DNA from: an uncultured Gemmatimonadales bacterium
Lineage (GTDB): Bacteria > Gemmatimonadota > Gemmatimonadetes > Gemmatimonadales > GWC2-71-9
DNA length: 64,000 nucleotides
Direction: 5' to 3'
Assembly: GCA_963828735.1 (NCBI GenBank)
Contig: CAWHFW010000005.1
Coordinates: forward strand, 160,001-224,000
Notes under the pieces: model-generated
The model's database searches: none
Told to the model about the DNA's origin: nothing
The model's input: the letters and a program-made list of their open reading frames with translations, nothing else
Position numbers and translations under genes: made by a program
In this document: piece after piece, positions 29,214-39,298 of the stretch
Position numbering within the stretch: position 1 is the first letter of the stretch
How the letters are laid out: each line of letters begins with the position of its first letter

Positions 29214-30672
29214 TCAACTCTGGACCGGCAACGTTCCGTTCCGGGGCAGTCGAACGGTGAAGATCGTGCCCCGGCCCGGGCCGGCTCTGCACGGTGATGG
29301 CGCCACCGTGTGCCTCGGCAATCCACTTGGTGATCGCGAGACCGAGGCCGGTCCCTGGCCGATCGCCCGTGCGCGAGCGCGCGGGGTCGGCCCGCCAGAA
29401 GCGGTCGAAAATGTGAGGCAGATCACCAGGGGCGATGCCGATGCCCGTATCGCGCACGGTGATGCTGACCGCCTCCTCGTGGTCCGCGAGGGAGAGGTCG
29501 ATCGTCCCGCCCTGCGGCGTGTACTTGATCGCGTTGGTGACGAGGTTGAGGAGCATCTCCCGGATCCGCTGCCGATCCACCGCCAGCCGGACGGGATGCC
29601 GGGGCATCATGCTCGTAACGCTGACGCCGGAGCCTTCGCCCAGCATGCCGGCCGTTTCAACCACGTCGCCGAGGAGGTCCCGCAGGTCCGATTCCTCGAC
29701 GGCGAGCGGCGCCCGGCCCTCGTCCGCGCGAGCGAGCGTCAACAGGCTTTCCACCAGCTCGGTCATCTCGTTGATCTGCGCGAGCGTCTCGTCGAGCGAT
29801 TGCATGATCTCGGCGGGCACGCCAGGGTGCACCAGCGCGCGCTCGACGCCGGCCCGGAGCACCATCAGCGGGGTCTTGAGCTCGTGGCTCGCGTCCGCGG
29901 TGAACCGATGCAGGCTCGCGAAGCTCTGCTCCAGCCGGGCGAGCATGCCGTTCACCGTCAGGGTGAGCCGGCTCATCTCGTCGCCGGACATCGGCACCGC
30001 GAGCCGCCGGTGCAGGCTCCGCCCGTCGGAGATCGCCTTGATCTCGTCCATGATGCCCTGGACCGGACGGAGGAATGTCCCCGCCAGCCAGTAGCCCACC
30101 AGGGCCGAGGCGAGCAGGATGACCGGCGCAATGATCAGCATGGACCGGAGCAGATCGCCCGGGCCGAACGCGATCTGGCTGATCGGCGTCGCGACCATGA
30201 GACCGCCGATCTCGGGCCCCGCGGCCTCGACGCGCACGGCGAGCCAGCGCAGCGAGCCCGCGTCGGCGCCCAGGTTGATCGTGCCCGCACGCTTGGGCAG
30301 GCGGAGGGAGTCGAGCGGAGCGGTGAGACGCTGGAGCGCGTCGGCGCTGAGCGAGCGCGACGCCTCCGAGAGCGCCAGAACGTTGCCGTTGGTGTCGCTG
30401 ACGACGACGTAGTCGCGCACCGCCTCGAGGTAGGCGCTGATGCCAGGATCGAGCGACGGACTGGTGCCGGCGGTCGTGACGATGCGGCCCAGCACGTTGT
30501 AGGACTCGCTCAGCCAGCGATTCGCGAGGTCCGCCTCGAGGCCGAGGCGCTGATCGAGCTCACGGACGCTGGACTGACGCCGCTCCAGGTACAGCAAGGT
30601 CCCGAAGGCCGCGATCGTGATCCCGAGCGCGACCGTGTACCAGATGGTCAGCCGCTGCCGGATCGTCCGCAC
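29214..30672 (-). CDS. Membrane sensor histidine kinase (HAMP-HisKA-HATPase), frameshift near 3' end
   Basis: Two TMs, DASHELKTPL, NLVTNAIKY, DTGIGI, GTGLGL. C-terminus QSRPGRGTIFTVRLP...QS* lies in another frame after about 29278. Confidence 0.92.
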
Positions 30673-30673
30673 G

Positions 30674-31342
30674 TCAGGCCTTCACGACGTATCCGACGCC
30701 GCGCACGGTATGCACCAGCTTCTGCGCGTGACCCGAGTCCACCTTCTTGCGAAGCCGGTTGATCACCACGTCGACGATGTTGGTGCCGGGGTCGAAGTGA
30801 TAGTCCCAGGCGTACTCGGTGATGAGCGTGCGCGACATGACCCGGCCGGCGTGCCGCAGGAGATACTCCAGCACCGTGTACTCCTTGGGCGTGAGGTCGA
30901 TACGCTCGCCCGACCGCCGGACTTCGCGGGTGGCCGTGTCGAGCTCGAGGTCGCCGACGCGCAGCACCGGATCTTGGATCGCCTGGGGGCGGCGCCCCAG
31001 CGCCTCCACCCGCGCCAGCAGCTCCTCGAACGCGAAGGGCTTGGTCACGTAGTCGTCGGCGCCCGAGCGCAGCGCCTGGACCTTGAAGTCCACCGCGTCC
31101 TGCGCGGTGAGCACCAGGATTGGCGTGGTGAGTCCGCGGTCGCGCAACGTGCGCAGGACCTCGAGGCCATTCATGCCGGGCAACCGGAGGTCGAGCACCA
31201 CCAGATCGTACCGCCCGCCCGACGCCAGCCGCAGCCCTTCCATGCCCTCGTCCACCAGGTCCGCCTGAAAATGGTGCTCCTCGAGGCCGCGCTTCACGTA
31301 TTGGCCCACCGTGCGATCGTCCTCGATGACCAGGATCTTCAT
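30674..31342 (-). CDS. OmpR/PhoB-family response regulator (CusR-like)
   Basis: MKILVIEDD, VVLDLRLP, GADDYVTKPF, LTPKEY, NIVDVVINRLRKK, HTVRGVGY; ATGA overlap with the upstream kinase. Confidence 0.95.
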   Translation of the reverse strand: MKILVIEDDRTVGQYVKRGLEEHHFQADLVDEGMEGLRLASGGRYDLVVLDLRLPGMNGLEVLRTLRDRGLTTPILVLTAQDAVDFKVQALRSGADDYVTKPFAFEELLARVEALGRRPQAIQDPVLRVGDLELDTATREVRRSGERIDLTPKEYTVLEYLLRHAGRVMSRTLITEYAWDYHFDPGTNIVDVVINRLRKKVDSGHAQKLVHTVRGVGYVVKA

Positions 31343-32832
31343 GCGGCCACCGGCAGGAAGACCCGGAAGGTCGCGCCGCGCCCGGGAGCGCTGTCCACCT
31401 CGATGCGTCCGCGGTGGTCGGCGACGATGCCGTAGCAGATGGACAAGCCGAGGCCGGTCCCCCGCCCCGGCGGCTTCGTCGTGTAGAACGGCTCGAAGAT
31501 CTTGCCGTGCTCGGCGGCGGGAATGCCCATGCCGGTATCCTCCACTTCGACGACGACCTCGTCGGACCGGTGGGGGCTGAGTCTCGTGCGCACGGTGAGC
31601 TGGCCACCCTGCTCCATCGCGTCGAGGGCGTTCAGCATGAGCGCCATGAGCGCCTGGATCAGCTGCTCGGCACTCCCGGTCGTCTCGGGGAGTCCGGGCG
31701 CCAGGGCCCGTACCACCTGGAGCCGCTTGAAACGCTGGTGATGCTTGAGCAGAAACAGCGTCTCGTCCACCAGGGTGTTGAGGGCGACCGGGCGCCGCGG
31801 CGTGGCCTTGGGCCGGCTGAAATCGAGCAGCCCGTCCACGATCCGGCTGCAGCGATCGACCTCCCGGTCGATCGTCTGCAGGTACTCCTCGGCCCGCGTG
31901 GTCTCCGGCCCCGCCGGCAGGCGCCCCTCGATCGCGGCGACGCACGCGCTGATCGTGGCCAGCGGGTTGTTGATCTCGTGCATGACGCCGGCGGCGAGCT
32001 GGCCGATCGCGGCGAGCTTCTCGCTCTGGAGGATCTGGCGCTGCACGCGGGTGTACTCGGTCACGTCCTCGCCGATCGTGATGACGTGGGTGATCTCGTC
32101 GCCGTCCAGGCGCATGGGGATCTTGCTGAGACGGAAGCGCCGGGTCTCGCCACCGGCCGTCACCTCCTGCTCCGTCTGCTGGATCTCGCCGGTCTCGAAC
32201 ACCCGGTCGAACTCCGCGCGCAGCTGCGCCGCCGGCTGCCGCGTGAGGACATCGAAGACGGGCCGTCCCACCACCTCGTCGCGCCGAAGCCCCTGCGTGC
32301 CGGTCTCGCGCTTCCGGTTCCAGCTCTGGATGCGGTAGCTCCGGTCCACGACGTACAGTCCCACCGGCAAGCTGTCGACGATGAGGCTGGTGAACCGGCG
32401 GTGCTCCTCGATCTCACGCGACTGGGCCGCCACCTCCCCGGCGAGGTCGGCCGACAGCTCGACCGCCGCCAGATAGGGCGCCAGGAAATCGGCGACGATC
32501 GGAAGCACGCCCGCCTCGGCGACGGCGTCCCCCAGGCGCGCCTCGAGCAGTCCCAGCCGGACGCCTTCGTGCTCGAGCACGTACCGGCGCCAGCCGGCTC
32601 GCAGAGAAACCAGGTCGAGCGACCGTACAGGTGCCGGGCCGTCCGGCGTCGGTGGTGCCTCGACGGACCGAAACGCGGGCGTCCCATGTTCGCGATGCCA
32701 GATCGTCACCCCTTCCGCGGGCAGGCCCCGCCGAAGGGTTTCGGCGACCGCCGCGATCGTCGCCTCGGTGCCAAGCTCCTCGTTGAGCAGCTTGGCGACG
32801 GAGGCCACGAGCGCGAGCTCAGCGCTCGGCAC
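31339..32832 (-). CDS. Cytoplasmic PAS-domain histidine kinase (NtrB-like HisKA)
   Basis: GAF-like N-terminus, PAS (IVDSLPVGLYVVD...WN), LAAGVMHEINNPL, EPFYTTKPPGRGTGLGL; no TM segment. Confidence 0.9.
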   Translation of the reverse strand: MPSAELALVASVAKLLNEELGTEATIAAVAETLRRGLPAEGVTIWHREHGTPAFRSVEAPPTPDGPAPVRSLDLVSLRAGWRRYVLEHEGVRLGLLEARLGDAVAEAGVLPIVADFLAPYLAAVELSADLAGEVAAQSREIEEHRRFTSLIVDSLPVGLYVVDRSYRIQSWNRKRETGTQGLRRDEVVGRPVFDVLTRQPAAQLRAEFDRVFETGEIQQTEQEVTAGGETRRFRLSKIPMRLDGDEITHVITIGEDVTEYTRVQRQILQSEKLAAIGQLAAGVMHEINNPLATISACVAAIEGRLPAGPETTRAEEYLQTIDREVDRCSRIVDGLLDFSRPKATPRRPVALNTLVDETLFLLKHHQRFKRLQVVRALAPGLPETTGSAEQLIQALMALMLNALDAMEQGGQLTVRTRLSPHRSDEVVVEVEDTGMGIPAAEHGKIFEPFYTTKPPGRGTGLGLSICYGIVADHRGRIEVDSAPGRGATFRVFLPVAA

Positions 32833-33331
32833 GGGTGTCTCCGCGGCGCGACGGCGTGGCGGCGAGGCTCAGGATGCGCCACTGGTCGTTGAGGCGCCGG
32901 AGCACCATGTGCTCGATCCACTCTCGATCCGTCACCGATCCCGCGACGGGAAGCACGCGACGCGTCACCAGCCACACGCCGGCCAGGTCCCCCTCCTGGC
33001 GATAGTCCGCCCGGAGCACGCGGATGTCGAACCGCTTCGCGTCCAGCCCCTCCAACCGTCGCGCGAGCAGGCCGAGCGCGAGATCGATCGACACGGCCTG
33101 ATGGGCGTCGTTGTCCATGGGGAGCATCGGTCCCGAGTAGGTCGCGTCCGGCCAGAACAGCGCCCGCGCCGCGCTCCAGTCGCGATCCGACAGTGTTCGG
33201 GCGTAGCGCGTCACGATCGCCTGCACGGCCTCCTCGTCCCGGCGGCTTCCGGTCGGCGTGTGATCCTCGATCCGGCAGGACGCGGCGGCGAGGAGGCCGA
33301 GGCAGAGCAGCATCCGGTGCATGCGGGTCAT
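32819..33331 (-). CDS. Putative lipoprotein with NTF2/SnoaL-like domain
   Basis: LLAAASC lipobox; VQAIVTRYARTLSDRDWSAARALF...LRRLNDQWRI pattern. Confidence 0.7.
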   Translation of the reverse strand: MTRMHRMLLCLGLLAAASCRIEDHTPTGSRRDEEAVQAIVTRYARTLSDRDWSAARALFWPDATYSGPMLPMDNDAHQAVSIDLALGLLARRLEGLDAKRFDIRVLRADYRQEGDLAGVWLVTRRVLPVAGSVTDREWIEHMVLRRLNDQWRILSLAATPSRRGDTRAER

Positions 33332-33418
33332 CGAAATCCTTGGTGGGGTGAGGAAGCGTACACCGACTGTGGCATTCAGTAAACACGCTCGCGCGGCGGT
33401 CGGACCACGGCCGGAAGG

Positions 33419-35767
33419 CTACCCTCGCACGTGGAATCGCACCTCGTGCCGGTCGTGCGTCTCGAAGCGCACACGCGGTGCGGAGAGGGGGACCTCGTCC
33501 ACTTCGGTGGACTCGACCTCCACGCCACGCAGGCCGACCGTCAGCACCAGGCGAGGCCCGAACAGGTGCCCGACCCGCAGCACGACAGACTGCGGCCGGC
33601 GCCGGACCTCGAGGTCGAGAAGGCTCCTTCCGACCCGGAGCCGCCGGAGCGCGAAGCCGTTCCATCCCGATGGAAGCGCCGGGGTCACGCTCAGAGCGGC
33701 GGCCGGTGCGTCGGGCTCGAGTCCCCAGAGCGCGGCGACCGACTCGAGCAAGGCAGGTGCGGCGCCCGTCCCGTGCAGCGCGCCCGGCGCCCGGCGCAGC
33801 GCCGCGGCCGCCGCCTCGACGATGGCGTGCGGCTCGATCCGGTCCCCGGCCCGCGCCGCGAGGGCTCTTGGCCGGAGTGCCGCGATGGCCGCCGAGCCGG
33901 CACGACCGGCCACGTTCTCGAGCGCGTCGAGCACCCGCTCGCTTGGCCCCGTTCCCACGACTTCCGCGAGGAAGGCGAGGGCCTGGGTGATCGACTCGCC
34001 CAGCCGGCGAACGCCGTCCTCGTCGCCCGCCCAGGCCAGGAGACGTTCGGCGAGCTCGAGGAAGGCCCGCGTGCCCTCCGGGCTCGGCGAGGACGCGAGA
34101 CCTCCGAACGGATACGAGGCCGGAATGCCGCCGCCCGGGTGCTGCGCCTGGGCCAGGAACTTGAGCAGCTCGCGCGCCGGATCCCGGGCGCCCGCGACGA
34201 GGAGTGCCGCGGCTGCAGTGCAGGCGCGGGTTCCGAAGCACCAGGCGTCGACGGGAGCCCGCGGACAAGCGGTGAGCATCGACCGCCCGACGCCTGGCAC
34301 TCCGATCAGCGCCTCGTCCCCGCGCTGTCTCGCCCAGTCGAACCCACGCGCAAGCAGCTCGTCCGGCGCCTCGAAGGCTGTCCCGTAGCGTTGGAGCTGC
34401 GCCGCCCTTCGCGCCCTAGCCGCGGCCACCTCGCGAACGCCGTCGCGCTCGAGGACCCGGACGGCCCGCTCGAGCTCCGGGGGATCCACCCCCGCGACCG
34501 CCACGATCCGGAGCGGCGTGACACCCCGGCACGAGATCTGGACCGCCGCGCGGCCGGGGATAGCGACCGCCTCGAGCCGACCTCCACGGACCGCGAACAT
34601 CACGCGCGGTCCGCCCGCGGACGCGGTGCGGAGGCTGAGCCCATCGGACGACGACGCGACATCGAGGTCGCCATAGGCGCCTTCGGGGTACGGCCAGGAG
34701 CGACGGAGGTCGACTTCCCATTCGGCGACGAGCTCGATGCCTTCGGGACCTCCGATGTCCCACACCACGAGCGGTACATCGGCGGCCGCGACCCAACGCT
34801 CCAGCAGTCGATGCCCACCGATCGCAAGCCCGCCCGCTACCTCGTCCGCAGCCAAGTGGCCGGGGGCGCATGGAATCCCGCCACGCACCGTCGCGTCCCG
34901 CATCACGCGGAAGGGCGGCGCCCAGACGTCCCGGTACCCGCCGGCCGGTCGGGCGCTTACGAGCATGCGGCGACCGGCGTGCATCCAGGCCGACGCCGGC
35001 GTGAGATCGAGCAGCGGAAGCGAGGTGCCGGGCCACGCGTCGGCTGGCGCGGTCAAGCGATGGGCTTCCTCCATCCTGACGACTGCGCACCGGCCCGGCG
35101 GCGGCCACAGGATGACGGGACCGGCCCGATCGTGATGCGGAATGGCGTCACCCAGGAGCGCATTGGCCAAGACCACCTCGGCCTCTCGCCGGCCGCCGTC
35201 GCCCCGCAAGGCGGGGTCGAACGCCAGACACAGCACCCCTCCGGCGCCCACCGCGAGCTCCCACGCGAGCACGGTGGACGCGTGGACGTCGAGTCCGCGC
35301 CGCTCGACCGCCACGACGCCCGCAATGTCCGGCCGCCGACCGTTCGTGTAGCAGTACATCGATTCGGATGCGCGCGTGTTCCAGGGCGCGAGCGAGGCGC
35401 CGTCACGCAACCCGGTAAACAGCGGGTGAGAGCCAAAGCCGGCGAGGCCGAACCCGGCCGGGGCCGGATCGGGAAAGGGCAGCTCGACCGGCGATGCCGG
35501 CTCGAGGCCGAGGCTGGAGAGGATCGTCGCCCCGTCGTGCGTGGCGAGGAGCCGGCCACCGCGGTGAAGCCAGGCCTCGAGTCCGGAGTCGACCCCCGCG
35601 GAGGTCCGCAGCCACACGACGTCGGTCTGGTCGAGGCGCGCGTCGGCCACGCGCTCGACGCGCGTGAGGGCGCCGATCGGCAGCCTCCGCAGCCAGGCCG
35701 AAGTCTCGTCGAGGATACGCTCGCCCGGCCGGTCACGCGGCGGATCGATCAGCGCTATCCGCCGCAT
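33419..35767 (-). CDS. Large hypothetical, degenerate glycoside-hydrolase-like (amylo-alpha-1,6-glucosidase-like) protein
   Basis: N-terminal GATase/ThuA-like segment (WLHRGGRLL), FEAPDELLARGFDWA, AWCFGTR, LKFLAQAQHPGGGIP, C-terminal LWGLEPD...PALPSGW...LRVG beta-sandwich. Family call is inference. Confidence 0.55.
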   Translation of the reverse strand: MRRIALIDPPRDRPGERILDETSAWLRRLPIGALTRVERVADARLDQTDVVWLRTSAGVDSGLEAWLHRGGRLLATHDGATILSSLGLEPASPVELPFPDPAPAGFGLAGFGSHPLFTGLRDGASLAPWNTRASESMYCYTNGRRPDIAGVVAVERRGLDVHASTVLAWELAVGAGGVLCLAFDPALRGDGGRREAEVVLANALLGDAIPHHDRAGPVILWPPPGRCAVVRMEEAHRLTAPADAWPGTSLPLLDLTPASAWMHAGRRMLVSARPAGGYRDVWAPPFRVMRDATVRGGIPCAPGHLAADEVAGGLAIGGHRLLERWVAAADVPLVVWDIGGPEGIELVAEWEVDLRRSWPYPEGAYGDLDVASSSDGLSLRTASAGGPRVMFAVRGGRLEAVAIPGRAAVQISCRGVTPLRIVAVAGVDPPELERAVRVLERDGVREVAAARARRAAQLQRYGTAFEAPDELLARGFDWARQRGDEALIGVPGVGRSMLTACPRAPVDAWCFGTRACTAAAALLVAGARDPARELLKFLAQAQHPGGGIPASYPFGGLASSPSPEGTRAFLELAERLLAWAGDEDGVRRLGESITQALAFLAEVVGTGPSERVLDALENVAGRAGSAAIAALRPRALAARAGDRIEPHAIVEAAAAALRRAPGALHGTGAAPALLESVAALWGLEPDAPAAALSVTPALPSGWNGFALRRLRVGRSLLDLEVRRRPQSVVLRVGHLFGPRLVLTVGLRGVEVESTEVDEVPLSAPRVRFETHDRHEVRFHVRG

Positions 35768-35792
35768 GCGGGCGGGCTTCTCCGCGTCGCGG

Positions 35793-36278
35793 CTACGTGA
35801 GCGTGCGCAGCTGCGCCAGCAGCTCCGCGTTCTCTCGGCGCGTGCTCGGCGTCTTCTCGGCGTACGTCCAGCGGACGATGCCGTTCCGATCGATCAGGAC
35901 GTAGGCCCGGTTGGAGAAGAATCGCTCTTCGATGAGGGCGCCGTATCGGCGGCTCACCTCGCGCCTGAAGTCGCTCAGGAGGTCGATCGTGAGTCGTTCC
36001 TTGGCCTTGAATTCCTTGAGCGTCGGCACGGAGTCCACGCTGATCGGCAACACGACGGCGTCGGCACCCTGGAACTCCGCGTAGTCCTCCGTGAACGCGG
36101 ACATCTCGTTGGTGCACGTCTTGGTGAACGCCAGCGGGAAGAACGCGAGCAGCACCTTCTTCCCGCGGAGCTGCGAGAGTGTGATGTCGATGTCGGCCGT
36201 GGACGGCAGCGTGAAGTCCGGCGCCGTCGATCCCACGGCGGGGAGCGCATGCCCGGTCGCCAGCGTCGGAGACGCCAT
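35793..36278 (-). CDS. Peroxiredoxin, AhpE-like (single Cys)
   Basis: APDFTL, FFPLAFTKTCTNE, LLSDF, NRAYVLID. Confidence 0.92.
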   Translation of the reverse strand: MASPTLATGHALPAVGSTAPDFTLPSTADIDITLSQLRGKKVLLAFFPLAFTKTCTNEMSAFTEDYAEFQGADAVVLPISVDSVPTLKEFKAKERLTIDLLSDFRREVSRRYGALIEERFFSNRAYVLIDRNGIVRWTYAEKTPSTRRENAELLAQLRTLT

Positions 36279-36282
36279 GCGC

Positions 36283-36900
36283 TCAGGCCCCCTTCGCGCG
36301 GTCGTACCGGCGCGCGACGTCGGTCCAGTTGACCACGTTCCACCACGCGGCGACGTAGTCGGGGCGGCGATTCTGGTACTTGAGGTAGTAGGCGTGCTCC
36401 CACACGTCGCAGCCCAGGATGGGCTTCTTCCCGCTCATGAGCGGCGTGTCCTGATTCGGCGTGCTGTCGATGATGACGCCGCCGCTGCGGTCGGCGATGA
36501 GCCACCCCCAGCCGCTGCCGAACCGGCCCACGCACGCCTTCTGGAACTGCTCCTTGAACTGCGCGACGCCACCGAATGCCTTGGCAATGGCGTCCGCCAG
36601 CGCGCCCGAGGGCTCCTTGGCTCCGCCGGGGGCCATCATCTCCCAGAACATCGTGTGGTTGACGTGCCCGCCGCCGTTATTCCGGACGGGGGCGCGGATG
36701 CCTTCGGGCAGAGCGTCGATATTGGCGATGAGCTCCTCGACCGACTTCTTCTGAAGGTCCGCGTGCGGTTCCAGTGCGGCGTTGAGGTTGTTCACGTACG
36801 CCGCGTGATGCTTGTCGTGATGGATCCGCATCGTCTGCTCGTCGATGTGCGGCTCCAGGGCGTTGTAGTCATACGGCAGGGGGGGAAGGGTGAAGGCCAT
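36283..36900 (-). CDS. sodA: Mn/Fe superoxide dismutase (Mn-type signature)
   Basis: [34 protein letters not shown]. Confidence 0.95.
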   Translation of the reverse strand: MAFTLPPLPYDYNALEPHIDEQTMRIHHDKHHAAYVNNLNAALEPHADLQKKSVEELIANIDALPEGIRAPVRNNGGGHVNHTMFWEMMAPGGAKEPSGALADAIAKAFGGVAQFKEQFQKACVGRFGSGWGWLIADRSGGVIIDSTPNQDTPLMSGKKPILGCDVWEHAYYLKYQNRRPDYVAAWWNVVNWTDVARRYDRAKGA

Positions 36901-37031
36901 GGCCGGCTCCTCGAGGGTAGAACAAGCTGAAATAACGACTTACCGTCTCAGACTGCGAAATATGCTGGTGCCCCCTGCGGAGGGTCAACGCGGGCTTTCC
37001 GCCGCGAGCGAACGCCGCGACATTTCCGCCC

Positions 37032-37883
37032 GTGACTGCCTCCGCCACGCTCCGGCCGCTCGAGCCCGTGCTCGTGCTCGACCGCCTCGCACCACTCCAC
37101 GCCCAGCTCATCGCGCTGCTGCGCGGTCTCACCGTCGAAGACTGGGGCCGTCCCACCGCGTGCGCGCTCTGGTCGGTACGCGACATCGCGGCGCACCTCC
37201 TCGACGACGACCTCCGCCGTCTGTCCTTCCATCGCGATGGACACGCGGCGCCCGCAGGCGGTCCGGCGAGCGCACAGGACCTCGTGGCCTTCGTCAACCG
37301 CATGAACGCGGAGTGGGTGGCGGTCGCGCGCCGGATGAGCCCTCGAGTGATCGTGGACCTCCTGGAGGTCACCGGGCCGTGGGTCGTGGACCTCTTCGGA
37401 GCCACGGATCCGTTCGCGCCGGCACACTGGTCGGTCACCTGGGCGGGCGAGGAGTCGTCAGCGCACTGGTTCGACGTGGGCCGCGACTACACGGAGCGCT
37501 GGCTGCACCAGCAGCAGATACGCGACGCCGTCGGGGCGCAGCCGCTCACCGGGCGCGAGTGGCTCCATCCCGTGCTCGATCTGTTCGTTCGGGCGCTGCC
37601 GGTCGCGTATCGGGAAACCGCCGCCGCCGAGGGAAGCACGGTGCGGTTCGCCATCGACGGTACGGCAGGAGACATCTGGACGCTTCGGCGCGAGCGCACC
37701 GGATGGCGCCTCTTCGCCGGCGCGGACCCTGACCCATCGGCGACCGTCACCCTGAGCGACGACACCGCCTGGCGCCTGTTCTCCAAGGGACTCAAGGGCG
37801 AGGCGGTCCGGGCGCGAGTCGGGATCGAGGGCGATCAGGCCCTCGGCGCGGTGGCCCTGGGGACGCTCGCGGTGCTGGCCTGA
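37032..37883 (+). CDS. Maleylpyruvate isomerase (MDMPI/DinB superfamily) protein
   Basis: WGRPTACALWSVRDIAAHL, ERWLHQQQIRDA, SCP2-like C-terminus. Confidence 0.85.
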   Translation: MTASATLRPLEPVLVLDRLAPLHAQLIALLRGLTVEDWGRPTACALWSVRDIAAHLLDDDLRRLSFHRDGHAAPAGGPASAQDLVAFVNRMNAEWVAVARRMSPRVIVDLLEVTGPWVVDLFGATDPFAPAHWSVTWAGEESSAHWFDVGRDYTERWLHQQQIRDAVGAQPLTGREWLHPVLDLFVRALPVAYRETAAAEGSTVRFAIDGTAGDIWTLRRERTGWRLFAGADPDPSATVTLSDDTAWRLFSKGLKGEAVRARVGIEGDQALGAVALGTLAVLA

Positions 37884-39088
37884 ACGAAGCTGAGTCGGCC
37901 GCAGCCCGTGACGAGCGCCGCCACCGCGAGTACGGTGTAGACCACCTCAGCGCGAAGGCCCGCGTCGATGGCGAAGAGTGCGCCGACGCCCCCCAGCAGG
38001 GCGGCCGTGGCTTCGAGCGCGCGTCGGGCAGCGGCACTCGCCGGTGAGATCCTGATCCAGAGCTCCAGCAGGAGCGCGGCCACGATCAGCAGCGCGGCTC
38101 CCAGCTGACCGGGCGGTTCACCCGACATCAGGCCGACCCAGGCGAGCGCCACGGCCACCCCGTCGCGGCGATCCGTCGCCACCGCGTGCCACAGGCCGAC
38201 CACCACCACCGGCATCGCCAGGGCCCGCCAATGCGCCAGGCCATCGGGCACCGCCGGAACCACGACCCGAAGGACGAGGAGCGCACCGGCGAGCGCGGTG
38301 AGCGCCGCGGGTTCCTCACGGTGCAGTGGCCAGAGCCCGCTGGCTGCCCATGACGCCACGATGAGGACGAGCCCGAGCAGGCGTTCGGCGGCCGGACTCC
38401 AGGGCAGGTCGGGCAGCGAAACGACTGCCAACCCCTCTGGTCCGGCGATCGTGGACATGAGCCACCACGCGGGAATCACCAACGACGCCAGCAACGGCGC
38501 GATCGGGAGCGGGCGGTCTCCCTCCGCCCAGCGCACGCGCCACCCAGCGAATGCGACGAGGAGGGTGCCGAGGAATACGTGGCCGGCGGCGGGGCCCACC
38601 GCGGCGAGCAACGTCCCGAGCGCGATCGCGACGACGGAGATGCGGGGCCCGGGACGGCGCTCGTTCGCCACGAGCGACCGCGGGGTGAGCCGTGCGGCTG
38701 CGCACAGCAGATACCCCATGCCGGCGAGCGCGACCAGCGCGGCAACCAGGCCGCCGATCGAGGCGCGGACCACCCATGTCGCTGCCTGGAGGGCGAGCAG
38801 TACCCCTCCCACGCTCGCGACAGCCGAACCAGCCACGTTCGCCGGCGATCGTTCGCGTCGCAGCGTCACGAACGCACTGCCCATGGCTAGCGTCGCGCCC
38901 AGGGTCAGGAGCGCCGCTTCGACGGCGACGAACCCCGCCGGCAATGATTCGGCGGGCGCCGGACCGGCCCCAAGTCCCGCCAGCGCGAGGCCGGATGCAA
39001 CCGTTGCGAGCGCCGCCAGCACCCGGCCGCGTCCGTCCGAAAGCAGGGCGGCGCCGAGGAGAACAAGCAGAAATCCGGGATGGATCAT
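37835..39088 (-). CDS. Polytopic membrane protein of unknown function
   Basis: About 12-13 hydrophobic segments; GLWPLH motif; converges on the MDMPI gene with a 49-nt 3' overlap. Confidence 0.65.
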   Translation of the reverse strand: MIHPGFLLVLLGAALLSDGRGRVLAALATVASGLALAGLGAGPAPAESLPAGFVAVEAALLTLGATLAMGSAFVTLRRERSPANVAGSAVASVGGVLLALQAATWVVRASIGGLVAALVALAGMGYLLCAAARLTPRSLVANERRPGPRISVVAIALGTLLAAVGPAAGHVFLGTLLVAFAGWRVRWAEGDRPLPIAPLLASLVIPAWWLMSTIAGPEGLAVVSLPDLPWSPAAERLLGLVLIVASWAASGLWPLHREEPAALTALAGALLVLRVVVPAVPDGLAHWRALAMPVVVVGLWHAVATDRRDGVAVALAWVGLMSGEPPGQLGAALLIVAALLLELWIRISPASAAARRALEATAALLGGVGALFAIDAGLRAEVVYTVLAVAALVTGCGRLSFVQASTASVPRATAPRA

Positions 39089-39298
39089 ATTTTGCACTGC
39101 CGCATACGCCGAACGGAGTTCCATCCGGACCGTTCAGCGCTGTTCCCTCGGAAAATCGCCGATGAGACGCGCACGTATAGCGATGCCGTCGTGTGAGATG
39201 AACGGGTAGAACGCAACCCGTGCAGGTTATCTGCAAGGTACCCGCCGTTCGTCCAGCCGGACTGCCGCACCACCCGTTGACGAAGGGATCGAGACCCC

